A DNA stretch of 64,000 nt, taken from an uncultured Actinomycetota bacterium. Its GTDB lineage: Bacteria; Actinomycetota; Geothermincolia; Geothermincolales; RBG-13-55-18. The notes beneath the pieces were generated by a model, which saw nothing but the letters and a program-made list of their open reading frames with translations, was not told where the DNA came from and made no database searches. The stretch lies in NCBI GenBank assembly GCA_964529285.1, contig CAZGWK010000013.1, positions 4,468-68,467 of the forward strand, given 5' to 3'. Positions 55,564 to 64,000 of this stretch are shown here, in pieces. The translations under genes were made by a program, and so were the position numbers. The first letter of the stretch is position 1; each line of letters opens with the position of its first letter.

Positions 55564-56433
55564 TCAGATCGACTGCAGCACTCGCTTCGGTAACCTCCTT
55601 CGCCACCAGGCGAAGAACTTCGCCACGCCCAGCCCGGAGCGGGTCGCCAGGCGTGGGAACAGCCGGTGGTAGTGGTAAATGATCTTCGAGGGCAGGCCTG
55701 GTATGACCAGGAACCGGTTGCACGAGATCGCGTCCACCACTTGGCGGGCTACCTTGCGAGGCGAACCGCCCAGGCTCAGAAGGAATCTTTCCACCAGACG
55801 TGCGCCGATGAAGTGGAGTGGCAGGTCCTTGATGGTAGACGTATTCGCCAGGGGCGTCTTGACGTAGCCGGGGCAGACGAGAGTCACACCTACGCCGTTG
55901 CCCCTCAGATCATAGTAGAGGACTTCGGTGAAGCCGGTGACGGCGAACTTGCTGGCGCAGTATGCCGACTGCCCGGGGATGGGGATGATGCCGTCGATAG
56001 ACCCGATGTTTACGATGTGTCCCGACCTTCGCTCTATCATGGACGGCAGGAAGGTCTCGATGGTGTTGATGGTGCCCATGAGGTTGACGTCGATAATGCG
56101 CCGCATCTCGTCGTGGTCGGTGGCGGAGAAATGGGCGATGAGGGTGATGCCGGCACAGTTGACCAGGATATCCGGGCTGAGGCCTTTCTCTTCCAGTTCC
56201 TCTCTGACGCGGCGCAACTCGTCCCTGGAGGTCACGTTGGCCTGAAAGCCGAAAGCCTGGTAGCCCTCGCCCCTCAACTCGGCTAAGCTTTTATCCAGGG
56301 AATCCCTGTTTATGTCGAGGAGGATGGGCTCGGCGCCCTTGCCGGCGAGTCTTGCCGCTATGGCAAGACCGATACCGCTTCCACCCCCGGTTACCAGGGC
56401 CTTTTTGCCCTTTACGTCCATGCTGTTTCGCAT
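55564..56433 (-). CDS. Short-chain dehydrogenase/reductase (SDR).
   Basis: TGGGSGIGLAIA (the Gly-rich NAD(P) motif), NCAG, the catalytic Y-x3-K (YCASKFAV) and PG. The start is set at the ATG at 56433. A GTG at 56442 is possible. Confidence 0.8.
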   Translation of the reverse strand: MRNSMDVKGKKALVTGGGSGIGLAIAARLAGKGAEPILLDINRDSLDKSLAELRGEGYQAFGFQANVTSRDELRRVREELEEKGLSPDILVNCAGITLIAHFSATDHDEMRRIIDVNLMGTINTIETFLPSMIERRSGHIVNIGSIDGIIPIPGQSAYCASKFAVTGFTEVLYYDLRGNGVGVTLVCPGYVKTPLANTSTIKDLPLHFIGARLVERFLLSLGGSPRKVARQVVDAISCNRFLVIPGLPSKIIYHYHRLFPRLATRSGLGVAKFFAWWRRRLPKRVLQSI

Positions 56434-56582
56434 CGCATTCACCCGTCTATTTATATCACGGATACCGGCAAGTTACACTGATGGAGGTTAGCGCTTCTCC
56501 CGGGCGCAAGCACGCCGACTGCGCACCCATCTTCCAGAGCGTCCATCGCGCTCCTCCTCATAATATTTGAAATGAGAAACCT

Positions 56583-56595
56583 TTGCAATATGCAA
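56583..56595. promoter_or_regulatory. Perfect inverted repeat TTGCA-ata-TGCAA in the divergent intergenic region between the SDR gene and the GlpA-like oxidoreductase cluster.
   Basis: TTGCAATATGCAA, read directly, in a relatively AT-rich ~300-nt intergenic region. Confidence 0.25.
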
Positions 56596-56754
56596 ATTAT
56601 CGCGGGAAGGCCGGCGCAAGCCCGTTGCTGGTGTGTTTGTGCGCATATGCCATGTTTAATATAATCGATGCAGCGTCTCGGTGAGTATTGCTCATCGTAA
56701 AGCGGCGTTTCCGCGGACTTATGCGGAAAACCTCAAAGAGAAAAGGATGGTATC

Positions 56755-58236
56755 ATGCCTGCCCTCGAAACTGAAATCCTCATCATCGGCGCCGGCGTGC
56801 TGGGCGCTGCCACTGCAAGAGAGCTCTCCAGGTACAAGCTCGATGTCACCGTGGTGGAGAAGAACGTTGATGTAGGCTGGGGCATCACCAAGGCCAACGT
56901 CGGCGTGGTATGCCAGGGAAGGGATACTCTCGAGTTCCGGCCCGAATACCACCGCAGCCACCTCCTGTGGAAGTCCATTCCCGTTATGGAGCCCCTGTGC
57001 AAGGAACTGGAGGTGCCCTTCAAGAATATAGGGTGCCACATAATGATCAAGGACCTGACCAAGAAGGAGAAGCTGGACAAGGGAGCAAAGCGCACGGAGA
57101 GCCTGGGGCTGGGCACCGACAGGTACTGCACCTACTCCGAGCTCAAGGAGATGGAGCCCTACGTATCCAAGGACATCGTGGGCAGCCTCTACGATCACGC
57201 CATCTCCATCGTGCACCCGGTTGTCTATACCGAGGCCCTGATGGAGAACGCCACGGCCAACGGGGTCAAGCTCATGCTGGAGACGGAGGTCACCGGCATC
57301 GAGCATGACCACCACATGTTCACCGTGCAGACGAACCAGGGGGAGATAAAGGCGCGCTATATCGTCAACGCGGCGGGGGAGTGGGTGGACAGGATAGCGG
57401 CCATGGTGAACGCCGACGACTTCGTACTCTTTCCCATCAAGGGATACGTGGGCGTGATGGACAGGAAATGCGGCGGCATGGCCAACAGCCTGCTGGCGCT
57501 CTTTCCCGAGGAGCCAGGTGACATGAACATCATCGTGCCCTCGGTGGAGGGCAACCTTCTCTTCGGTATCCAGCTGCAGATAAACCGCAGGCACGATCGA
57601 TCCTTCACGGATCATATGGCAAGGGAGGCCCTGAAGAACGCCCGCAAGGTGATACCGGACCTCTCCGAGAAGGACGTCATCAAATCGTTCTGCGGTTTCC
57701 TCATGTTCCGCAACTTCGAGATAGGATGGCACGAATGCGAGGTAGCCATGTCGCAGAGGGCGGAACGTTTCATAAACATGACCATCGGCTACCCGGGGGT
57801 GAGCGCAAGCCCCGGGGCCGCCATGGAGGTGGTGGATATTCTCCAGAAGGACGGCGTGAAGATGGTGCCGGACCCGAAGTTCAACCCCCGCCGCAAGGCC
57901 ATCCCTGATTTCAGCGAGCTGTCCGATGCGAAGAGGCGCGAGCTGATCAAGAAGGACCCGCTCTACGGCCACGTGATATGCCGCTGCGAGACGGTGACCG
58001 AGGGAGAGATCGTGGAGGCTATAAGGCGTGGCGCGACCACCCTGGACGGGGTCAAGTTCCGGGTCAGGCCCGGGACGGGACGCTGTCAGGGAGGTTTCTG
58101 CGGGCCGCGCGTCACGCGTATCCTCGCCCGCGAACTGGGCATACCGGAGACCGAGGTCACCAAGAAAGGCGGCGAGTCCGAACACCTCCATTACCGGACG
58201 AAGGAGATCCTGGAAGAAGGTGAAAAAAATGCCTAG
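56755..58236 (+). CDS. FAD-dependent dehydrogenase (GlpA / glycerol-3-phosphate dehydrogenase-like) with a C-terminal BFD-like [2Fe-2S] domain.
   Basis: LIIGAGVLGAATARELS (GxGxxG), a DAO-type fold, and C-terminal CRCETVTEGEIVEAIRRG...GRCQGGFCGP, which is a BFD-like cysteine pattern. Confidence 0.8.
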   Translation: MPALETEILIIGAGVLGAATARELSRYKLDVTVVEKNVDVGWGITKANVGVVCQGRDTLEFRPEYHRSHLLWKSIPVMEPLCKELEVPFKNIGCHIMIKDLTKKEKLDKGAKRTESLGLGTDRYCTYSELKEMEPYVSKDIVGSLYDHAISIVHPVVYTEALMENATANGVKLMLETEVTGIEHDHHMFTVQTNQGEIKARYIVNAAGEWVDRIAAMVNADDFVLFPIKGYVGVMDRKCGGMANSLLALFPEEPGDMNIIVPSVEGNLLFGIQLQINRRHDRSFTDHMAREALKNARKVIPDLSEKDVIKSFCGFLMFRNFEIGWHECEVAMSQRAERFINMTIGYPGVSASPGAAMEVVDILQKDGVKMVPDPKFNPRRKAIPDFSELSDAKRRELIKKDPLYGHVICRCETVTEGEIVEAIRRGATTLDGVKFRVRPGTGRCQGGFCGPRVTRILARELGIPETEVTKKGGESEHLHYRTKEILEEGEKNA

Positions 58237-59482
58237 GCGGGTGGACGTTGCGGTTATCGGAGCCGGTCCGGCGGGCCTTGCCGCGGCAATCGCAGCCAGG
58301 GAGAGGGGAGCGGAGAGGGTCCTCATCGTGGAAAGGGCGGAACAGCTGGGAGGGCTCCTGCCCCAGTGCATACACAACGGCTTCGGGCTTCTCTATTTCA
58401 AGGAGGATATGACCGGGCCGGAGTACGAGAAGGCTTTCATCGACAAGGCCATGGACCTGGGTGTGGAGGCACAACTCGAGACCATGGTCATCGACTTCAA
58501 CGCCAAGCGGGAGATGACCGCCGCGAGCCGCAAGCACGGTTACATGAAGTTCAAGCCGGGTGCGGTGGTCCTGTCCATGGGGTGCCGCGAGAAGGCCAGG
58601 TTTGCTCTGGGCATACCGGGAAACAGGCCCGCGGGCGTGATGACCGCGGGGACCTGCCAGCGCTACGTCAACATCGAGGGCTATATCCCCGGGAAGAGAT
58701 ATGTCATCCTGGGCTCTGGCGATATCGGGATGATCATGGCCCGCCGGCTCACCCTGGAGGGCGCCGAGGTGGAGGCAGTAGTGGAGTTGATGCCCTGGGC
58801 GGGAGGCCTTATACGCAACGAAGTGCAGTGCCTGCACGATTTCGGCATCCCCCTGCTTCTCGAGCACACCGTCACCTTTATCCACGGTGAGGATAGGCTG
58901 GAGGGTGTGACGGTGTCGAAGGTGGACGCGGAGAGGCGTACGGTGAAGGGCTCGGAGCGCTTTTACCCCTGCGACTGCCTGCTCCTCTCCGCCGGGCTCA
59001 TCCCCGAGAACGAGCTCTCTCTCAAGGCCGGGGTGGAGTTGGACGCGGTTACCGGCGGACCGCTGGTGGACCAGTACCGCCAGACCAGCGTGCCCGGTGT
59101 CTTCGCCGGCGGCAACGTGGTGCAGGTGCACGACCTGGTGGACTGGGTTAGCTGGGAGGCGGAGATAGCCGGCGCCGCGGCCGCGGAATTCGCCGATAAA
59201 GGTAAGCTCAAGGCCGCGAGGGCGGTAAGGGTGGTGCCCGGCAAGAACATCAAGTACGTGGTGCCCCAGTATATATCGGGCAAGGACGACGTAACCCTGT
59301 ACATGAGGGTGGCGGAGCCTGGGATGAAGGCGACGGTCAAGGTGGGCGACGTGATTTCGAAACGCTACCGTACCGTGCGGCCCAGCGAGATGGTCATCAT
59401 CGACATCAAGGCCGACAGGCTGAAGGAGTCGGGGGTGGGCGAGGAGTTGGTCGTTGACTGCGAGACAAAAGGAAGTGGTTGA
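58229..59482 (+). CDS. FAD/NAD(P)-binding pyridine-nucleotide-disulfide-type oxidoreductase, second subunit of the GlpA-like module.
   Basis: VDVAVIGAGPAGLAAAIAARERGAE and a second dinucleotide motif VILGSGDIGMIMARRL. The ATG at 58229 overlaps the upstream stop by 8 nt. The ORF-track start at 58028 lies inside the upstream gene. Confidence 0.8.
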   Translation: MPRRVDVAVIGAGPAGLAAAIAARERGAERVLIVERAEQLGGLLPQCIHNGFGLLYFKEDMTGPEYEKAFIDKAMDLGVEAQLETMVIDFNAKREMTAASRKHGYMKFKPGAVVLSMGCREKARFALGIPGNRPAGVMTAGTCQRYVNIEGYIPGKRYVILGSGDIGMIMARRLTLEGAEVEAVVELMPWAGGLIRNEVQCLHDFGIPLLLEHTVTFIHGEDRLEGVTVSKVDAERRTVKGSERFYPCDCLLLSAGLIPENELSLKAGVELDAVTGGPLVDQYRQTSVPGVFAGGNVVQVHDLVDWVSWEAEIAGAAAAEFADKGKLKAARAVRVVPGKNIKYVVPQYISGKDDVTLYMRVAEPGMKATVKVGDVISKRYRTVRPSEMVIIDIKADRLKESGVGEELVVDCETKGSG

Positions 59483-59483
59483 G

Positions 59484-59864
59484 ATGGCGGCCAGGGAGAC
59501 CATCATCTGCATAGGTTGCCCGCTGGGATGCAGGGTGACCGTGACCCAGGACAAGAAAGGCAACGTCACCGCGATGAAGGGGGCGGAGTGCAAACAGGGT
59601 GAGAAATACGTGCTCGAGGAGCTGAAGAACCCAGTACGCACCCTCACCGCCACGGTACGTACCGGCGACGAGGCCTTTCCCCTCCTTCCAGTCCGCACCT
59701 CCAAGCCGGTTCTCAAGGTGTTGTTGAAACCGATCATGAGGGAGACGGTCAAGGTAAAGGTAAAGCCCCCCGTCAAGGAGGGTGACGTGATCGTCAAGAA
59801 CGTCGCCAAGTCTAAGGCGGACCTCGTAGCCACCACGGATTGGCCCGGACAGATGGGAGTATAG
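59484..59864 (+). CDS. DUF1667 zinc-ribbon protein (small subunit commonly encoded with the two flavoproteins).
   Basis: ICIGCPLGCRVTV...KGAECKQGEKY. The ATG at 59484 follows the AAAGGAAGTGG Shine-Dalgarno, 1 nt after the upstream stop. Confidence 0.75.
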   Translation: MAARETIICIGCPLGCRVTVTQDKKGNVTAMKGAECKQGEKYVLEELKNPVRTLTATVRTGDEAFPLLPVRTSKPVLKVLLKPIMRETVKVKVKPPVKEGDVIVKNVAKSKADLVATTDWPGQMGV

Positions 59865-59866
59865 AG

Positions 59867-60757
59867 ATGTCTAACGGCAACGAGATCGACGTTGTGACCT
59901 TGTACCTCTCGCGCAAGGGCCTCCAGGCGGCGGAAAGGGTGGCCGACGACCTCATCGGCTGGCCCTGCAGCATAGTGGTGGTGGATAAGGCGGGAGCTAT
60001 AATCGCGGGACACCGCATGGAAGGCGCACCGCCCGCCACCTTCGATATCGGGGTGGAGAAGGCCTGGACGGCGGCGACTTTTCTCGCTCCCACCCTCATG
60101 CTGGGGCGCATGACCGACCCCCGTACCGCACTGATGCCCCTGGACCAGCTCCCCCTCGGCCAGCACGGCATGGGCCTGCAGTTCAAGCACAAGGGGAGGC
60201 TGACCACCATCATGGGAGGCATCCCCATACGCGATAAGGACATGAAGGTCATAGGGGGCGTGGGCACCAGCGGCACCCCTTCAGCCCTTGACGACAATAC
60301 CGTGAGCCAGCGCTGCTGGTCCGCCATGTACGACGCCGAGGACCCTCCCCTGCAGAGCGGGCTGGACGACTACGTGAAAGTGGTGGAGGCGGCCATGGCC
60401 AAGGCCGAAGACATGGGCCTGCCGGTCAGCGTGTGCCTCTCCGACGCGGAAGGATGGCCCAGGGTGTTCTACCGCATGGACGGGGCCATCTATCCTTCTG
60501 CTGAGCTGGCCAGGGACAAGGCCTGGACGGCGGCCGCCTTCCGGGCGCCCAGCTCCGATATAGCCGGCTATGGGGTCAAGTCCCTTCCCGGGCTGGGTAT
60601 ACCCACCAGCGGCTGGAACGAGCGGGTCTGCCCCGTGCCCGGCGGGCTGCCAATCTTCGACGCGGACGGCGCGCTGGTCGCCTCGCTAGGCGTTGCCGGC
60701 GGCACCACCGAACAGGACGTGCGCATAGCCAAAGCCGCCGTAAAGGCCTACAAATGA
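59867..60757 (+). CDS. Tandem GlcG/HbpS-like (DUF336) protein with two ~140-aa domains.
   Basis: Each half has the pattern (S/V)VVVDKAGAIIAGHRMEGAPPATFDIGVEKAWTAATF / (V)CLSDAEGWPRVFYRMDGAIYPSAELARDKAWTAAAF, typical of GlcG/PduO-C domains. The ATG at 59867 is 2 nt after the upstream stop. Confidence 0.7.
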   Translation: MSNGNEIDVVTLYLSRKGLQAAERVADDLIGWPCSIVVVDKAGAIIAGHRMEGAPPATFDIGVEKAWTAATFLAPTLMLGRMTDPRTALMPLDQLPLGQHGMGLQFKHKGRLTTIMGGIPIRDKDMKVIGGVGTSGTPSALDDNTVSQRCWSAMYDAEDPPLQSGLDDYVKVVEAAMAKAEDMGLPVSVCLSDAEGWPRVFYRMDGAIYPSAELARDKAWTAAAFRAPSSDIAGYGVKSLPGLGIPTSGWNERVCPVPGGLPIFDADGALVASLGVAGGTTEQDVRIAKAAVKAYK

Positions 60758-61713
60758 AAGTCATCGACTGCCTTTGCAACCTGTCGACCAGGGAAGCCGT
60801 CATCGACCAGATCACCGGCCTGCCGCCGCAGATGTCCGAGTACCTCAGAAAGATCTACGGGCCGCGGGTAGCTCCCCTGCTGGGCATTACTCCCGAAGAG
60901 CTCGCAAGTGCGAAGGAGGAGATGAGCGAGGACGAGCTCTACCGCTTTCTGGAGCCCAAGGTGGAGCCCATGGCCCAGACGGAAAAGCAGTTCCTGGCGA
61001 TGCTGGATTCCTGGGACGTGGAGATAGCGGTGCTCTACAACATGGACGAGGAGACGGTCGCGGGGGTAAAAGGACTTCCCAACGATTACTTCGCGGAGGT
61101 GGTCAACCGCCACCCGCAGCGCCTGCGCTGCTTCGCAGGTATAGATCCGCACAAGGGCATGGATGCCGTGCGCGAGGTGGAACGCTGCGTGAAGGAATTG
61201 GGGCTGCACGGCGTGGCCATGCGACCTTTCATGCAGCAGATGCCGGCGGACCACCGCCGCTTCTATCCCATCTACGCCAAGTGCGTTGAATTGGGCGTTC
61301 CCGTATGGCTGCACCAGTCGGTGAGCTTCGCAAGCCTGCCCATGTTCCTCGAGCATCCCTCCCACCTCGACCAGGTGGCGCTGGACTTCCCCGAACTCAA
61401 GCTGATAGCGGGACACGGGGGCTGGCCCTGGACCGCGGAGCTGGTGGCGGTGGCCTGGCGGCACCCAAACGTGTATATCGACTTCGCCTCCATGCGCCCC
61501 CGCTACGTGGGAAGGCACAATACCGGCTGGGAGCCGCTGGTCGAATACGGCAATACCATCCTGGCCGACCGCATCCTCTTCGGCTCCACCTGGATCTTCA
61601 TGGGTATGAGCGTGCCGGAGATGGTGGAGGAGATAGAGCAGATGCCGCTGAGGGAGGGCATACTGGAGAAATGGCTGCACGACAACGCTGCGCGCCTTCT
61701 CAATATTCGGTAA
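60754..61713 (+). CDS. Amidohydrolase_2 family protein (second copy) lacking the N-terminal HxH.
   Basis: The AGHGGWPWTAELVAVAWRHPNVYIDFAS C-terminal His/Asp region is conserved with CDS 20124-21047, but the N-terminus reads IDCLCNLS instead of IDCHVHIW. It overlaps the upstream gene by 4 nt (ATGA). Confidence 0.75.
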   Translation: MKVIDCLCNLSTREAVIDQITGLPPQMSEYLRKIYGPRVAPLLGITPEELASAKEEMSEDELYRFLEPKVEPMAQTEKQFLAMLDSWDVEIAVLYNMDEETVAGVKGLPNDYFAEVVNRHPQRLRCFAGIDPHKGMDAVREVERCVKELGLHGVAMRPFMQQMPADHRRFYPIYAKCVELGVPVWLHQSVSFASLPMFLEHPSHLDQVALDFPELKLIAGHGGWPWTAELVAVAWRHPNVYIDFASMRPRYVGRHNTGWEPLVEYGNTILADRILFGSTWIFMGMSVPEMVEEIEQMPLREGILEKWLHDNAARLLNIR

Positions 61714-61895
61714 ACATTTCGCAAGTATGAATCGCGAAAGCGACAGCGCCGAAGGCGCGGCGGTGCCAGTCGCCTGGACGGAGACGGAAAGAGCCAGAGG
61801 CGAGTGGAGCGAGGTCCAGGCCTGGTACGCATACGTATGGTGATATGAAAGTTTGAAGGCATGGCACGCATACTTTGTCTCATAAGGAGGTCCGC

Positions 61896-62954
61896 ATGCT
61901 GACCAAGTACATGCAGGAAGACAAGCGCATGACTGCGAATGAGGCGGTGGAGCGCTTCGTCGCTGACGGGGATTCCATGGTCATCGCCAACTGCCTTTAC
62001 GGCACCCCCTACGCCCTGCTGCACGAGGTCATCCGCCAGCGCAGAAAAGACCTCACCGTCTTCCAGCAGGGCGGCATCGACGAACTGGACCTGTTGATCC
62101 TGGGCAGGTGCGTGAGCAAGCTCCTGATAGCCTACAACTTCCGCATAGCGGGCGAGCGCATAGAGACGGTGCTGGAAAGGGCGCTGCGCAGGGGAGAGGT
62201 GGAGATAGAGGACTACTCCAACTACACCCTGCTCGCCATGCTGCAGGCCGGCGCCATGGGCTATCCCTTTCTACCCGTGATGTCCGGCATCAGGGAGAGC
62301 GACGTCTGCCGGGTTGAGAGTTTCTGCGCGGGCCAGAAGTTCGGGGAGGTGGAGTGTCCCTTCACCGGCGAAAATGTGACGGTGGTCAGGGGCCGCAATC
62401 CGGACGTAGCCGTGGTGCACGTGCAGAGGGCGGACAAGTCCGGCAACGCCCAGCTCTGGGGGGCCCTCATCAACACCAAATGGGCCTGCCTTGCCTCTGA
62501 CCGGGTCATCGTATCCTGCGAGCAGATCGTGGACGAGGAGGTGGTACGCAGCTCCCCCCATCTGACCGTCGTGCCGGGTTTCCGGGTGTGCGCGGTGGTG
62601 GAGGAGCCCTGGGGCGCCCACCCCTCCGAACTGCTCGGCTTCTACGACTACGACATGGTCTACCGCAGCCTTCTCTTCATGCAGACCATGAGCGAGGAGG
62701 GAGGAAAGGCCTTCATGGACGAATGGGTTTACGGGACGCAGGACCGCCAGTCGTACCTGCAGCACTACGCGGACCGCTTCGGTTTGAAGTATATAAACGA
62801 GCTCAAGGCAAAGCCCTATCTCAGCGTCCCCGCCGACTACGGCGCGTCCTGGCGGCGGGCATGGGACGACAACGACGTGAGTTTCAACTTCCAGATGACC
62901 CGCGCCGAATTCCTGCAGGCCCTGGAGGAGAAAGGGGGGTTCACAGGTGGTTAA
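61896..62954 (+). CDS. CoA-transferase family I, subunit A (glutaconate CoA-transferase GctA-like).
   Basis: MTANEAVERFVADGDSMVIANCLYGTPYALLHEVIRQRRKDLTVFQQGG. The ATG at 61896 is 5 nt after a perfect AAGGAGG. Confidence 0.75.
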   Translation: MLTKYMQEDKRMTANEAVERFVADGDSMVIANCLYGTPYALLHEVIRQRRKDLTVFQQGGIDELDLLILGRCVSKLLIAYNFRIAGERIETVLERALRRGEVEIEDYSNYTLLAMLQAGAMGYPFLPVMSGIRESDVCRVESFCAGQKFGEVECPFTGENVTVVRGRNPDVAVVHVQRADKSGNAQLWGALINTKWACLASDRVIVSCEQIVDEEVVRSSPHLTVVPGFRVCAVVEEPWGAHPSELLGFYDYDMVYRSLLFMQTMSEEGGKAFMDEWVYGTQDRQSYLQHYADRFGLKYINELKAKPYLSVPADYGASWRRAWDDNDVSFNFQMTRAEFLQALEEKGGFTGG

Positions 62955-63765
62955 GTACACCGAAGCCGAGATCATCGTGGCCAACGCCGCCAGGGAGATT
63001 GCGGACGGCGACCTCGTGGTGATCGGCCAGGGTATCCCCATGGCGGCGGGAGTGCTGGCCAAGGCGACCCACGCACCCAACTGCGTCATCCTCACCGAGG
63101 CGGGGATGGTGGGCATCGACCCCTTCCGCAACCTGCTGCACATCGCGGATCCTACGTGTACGCACGGCTACGCCTACTCATGCGACATGATCGACGTCTT
63201 CACCACCATCGTCAACCGCGGCCTGGTGGACGTGACCTTCCTCGGCGTGGGCCAGATAGACCGCTACGGGAACATGAACTCCACCGTTTTCGGCGACTAC
63301 AATGACTTCCGCATGCGCATGATGGGGGCGGGAGGGGCGCCGGAGTTCTTCGGTTACGCCAGCAAGGCCGTGCTCACCATGCGCGGAGGCAAGTTCGTGG
63401 AGAAGGTGGATTACGTCTCTTCTCCAGGTTATCTCGACGGCTACGATGCCAGGGAAAAGGCAGGCTTTCCGCCGGGGAGCGGCCCCAAGGCGATCTACAG
63501 CACCATGGGGGTCTTTCACTTCGCAGCGGAGAGCAAGGAGATATATCTCTACGGGCTCTTTCCCGGCCACAGCGTCGAGGAGGTCAAGGCAGAGGTTCCC
63601 TGGGAGCTGAAGGTGGCGGAAGACCTCAAAGAGCTGCCTCCTCCCACGCAGGCGGAGGTCGACCTGATACGGGAGTTCGCGCCGGAGATATCCGCGGGAC
63701 GCAGGCTGCAGGTGGAGCTGTCCATCCCGCGCATACTGAACATAATCTCGGAGCGGTCGGCATAA
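62947..63765 (+). CDS. CoA-transferase family I, subunit B (GctB-like).
   Basis: MVKYTEAEIIVANAAREIADGDLVVIGQGIP and the catalytic-Glu region LTEAGMVG, typical of the beta subunit. It overlaps subunit A by 8 nt. Confidence 0.8.
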   Translation: MVKYTEAEIIVANAAREIADGDLVVIGQGIPMAAGVLAKATHAPNCVILTEAGMVGIDPFRNLLHIADPTCTHGYAYSCDMIDVFTTIVNRGLVDVTFLGVGQIDRYGNMNSTVFGDYNDFRMRMMGAGGAPEFFGYASKAVLTMRGGKFVEKVDYVSSPGYLDGYDAREKAGFPPGSGPKAIYSTMGVFHFAAESKEIYLYGLFPGHSVEEVKAEVPWELKVAEDLKELPPPTQAEVDLIREFAPEISAGRRLQVELSIPRILNIISERSA

Positions 63766-64000
63766 GGCCGATCCTTCTTGCTCGCCGGCGTACGGCTTTT
63801 CGGCCCGGACCCTTATATTCAAGATTCCTTTCTATGCGGTCGAGGCAGGGATTAGTAGTTTGGAGGATTACATCTGCTGGTACTGGACATGAGGGCGGGA
63901 CTACCTTGAAAGCATCCGGAAAGGCGGGCCGGTTCCCGGCAGTCGCACGCAAATACACAGAGGCATGGTACTGGGGCTATCTGCTCCAGGGGGTCATCGT

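Noticed and set aside
63766-64000. A possible further gene or terminator after the CoA-transferase B subunit.
   Set aside because: There is only a weak 4-bp stem with TTTT (GCCG...CGGC TTTT) and no convincing ORF start with a ribosome-binding site before the window ends. The evidence is insufficient for a call.

Overview
High-GC (roughly 60-65% by eye), gene-dense bacterial chromosome segment. I call about 55 CDS and one initiator-type tRNA-Met. There is no CRISPR array, transposase or integrase.

Lineage hints point to an actinobacterium, probably anaerobic: a UPF0182 large membrane protein, a TLxTC sortase, an MCP chemoreceptor, corrinoid methyltransferase genes, and AT-rich islands confined to promoters.

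Gene order, left to right:
- A 5'-partial secreted protein combining a caspase/gingipain-like core with roughly 100-aa repeats. The same repeat family recurs four times in a second secreted IPT/TIG protein.
- fpg, with a TTG start.
- A two-component operon: histidine kinase, an OmpR-type response regulator, and a response regulator carrying a degenerate GGDEF domain.
- A SIR2 deacetylase and a UPF0182 membrane protein.
- Sortase, tRNA-fMet, and MCP.
- Enoyl-CoA hydratase and pfkA.
- An 11.5-kb TetR-led catabolic operon. It contains amidohydrolase_2, two MaoC hotdog subunits, an acyl-CoA dehydrogenase, a CoA ligase, an OYE ene-reductase, an SCP-x thiolase with its DUF35 partner, a corrinoid protein, a UroD-type methyltransferase, and a QueG/RdhA-like Fe-S protein.
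- A K+ channel, an MFS transporter, a metallophosphoesterase, and a D-aminoacylase-like amidohydrolase.
- A minus-strand operon: VAO-type flavoprotein, a split-zinc-ribbon protein, a CbbQ/NorQ AAA ATPase, and a CbbO/NorD-like VWA protein.
- A nitrilase-superfamily hydrolase, an EamA transporter, and a fatty acyl-AMP ligase.
- A TetR-led minus-strand operon of three tandem paralogous Cys-rich Fe-S proteins plus a nitronate monooxygenase-family flavoenzyme.
- An SDR.
- A plus-strand cluster: a GlpA-like FAD dehydrogenase with a BFD [2Fe-2S] domain, an FAD/NAD oxidoreductase, DUF1667, a tandem GlcG/DUF336 protein, a second amidohydrolase_2, and glutaconate-type CoA-transferase A and B subunits.

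The best candidates for undescribed biology are:
1. The triplicated Fe-S protein operon.
2. The VAO flavoprotein / split-zinc-ribbon / NorQ-NorD maturation-like operon.
3. The incomplete corrinoid methyltransferase set joined to a QueG-like protein inside the beta-oxidation-like operon.
4. The paralogous split-zinc-ribbon proteins.

All family assignments rest on motif recognition by eye. No database search was run.
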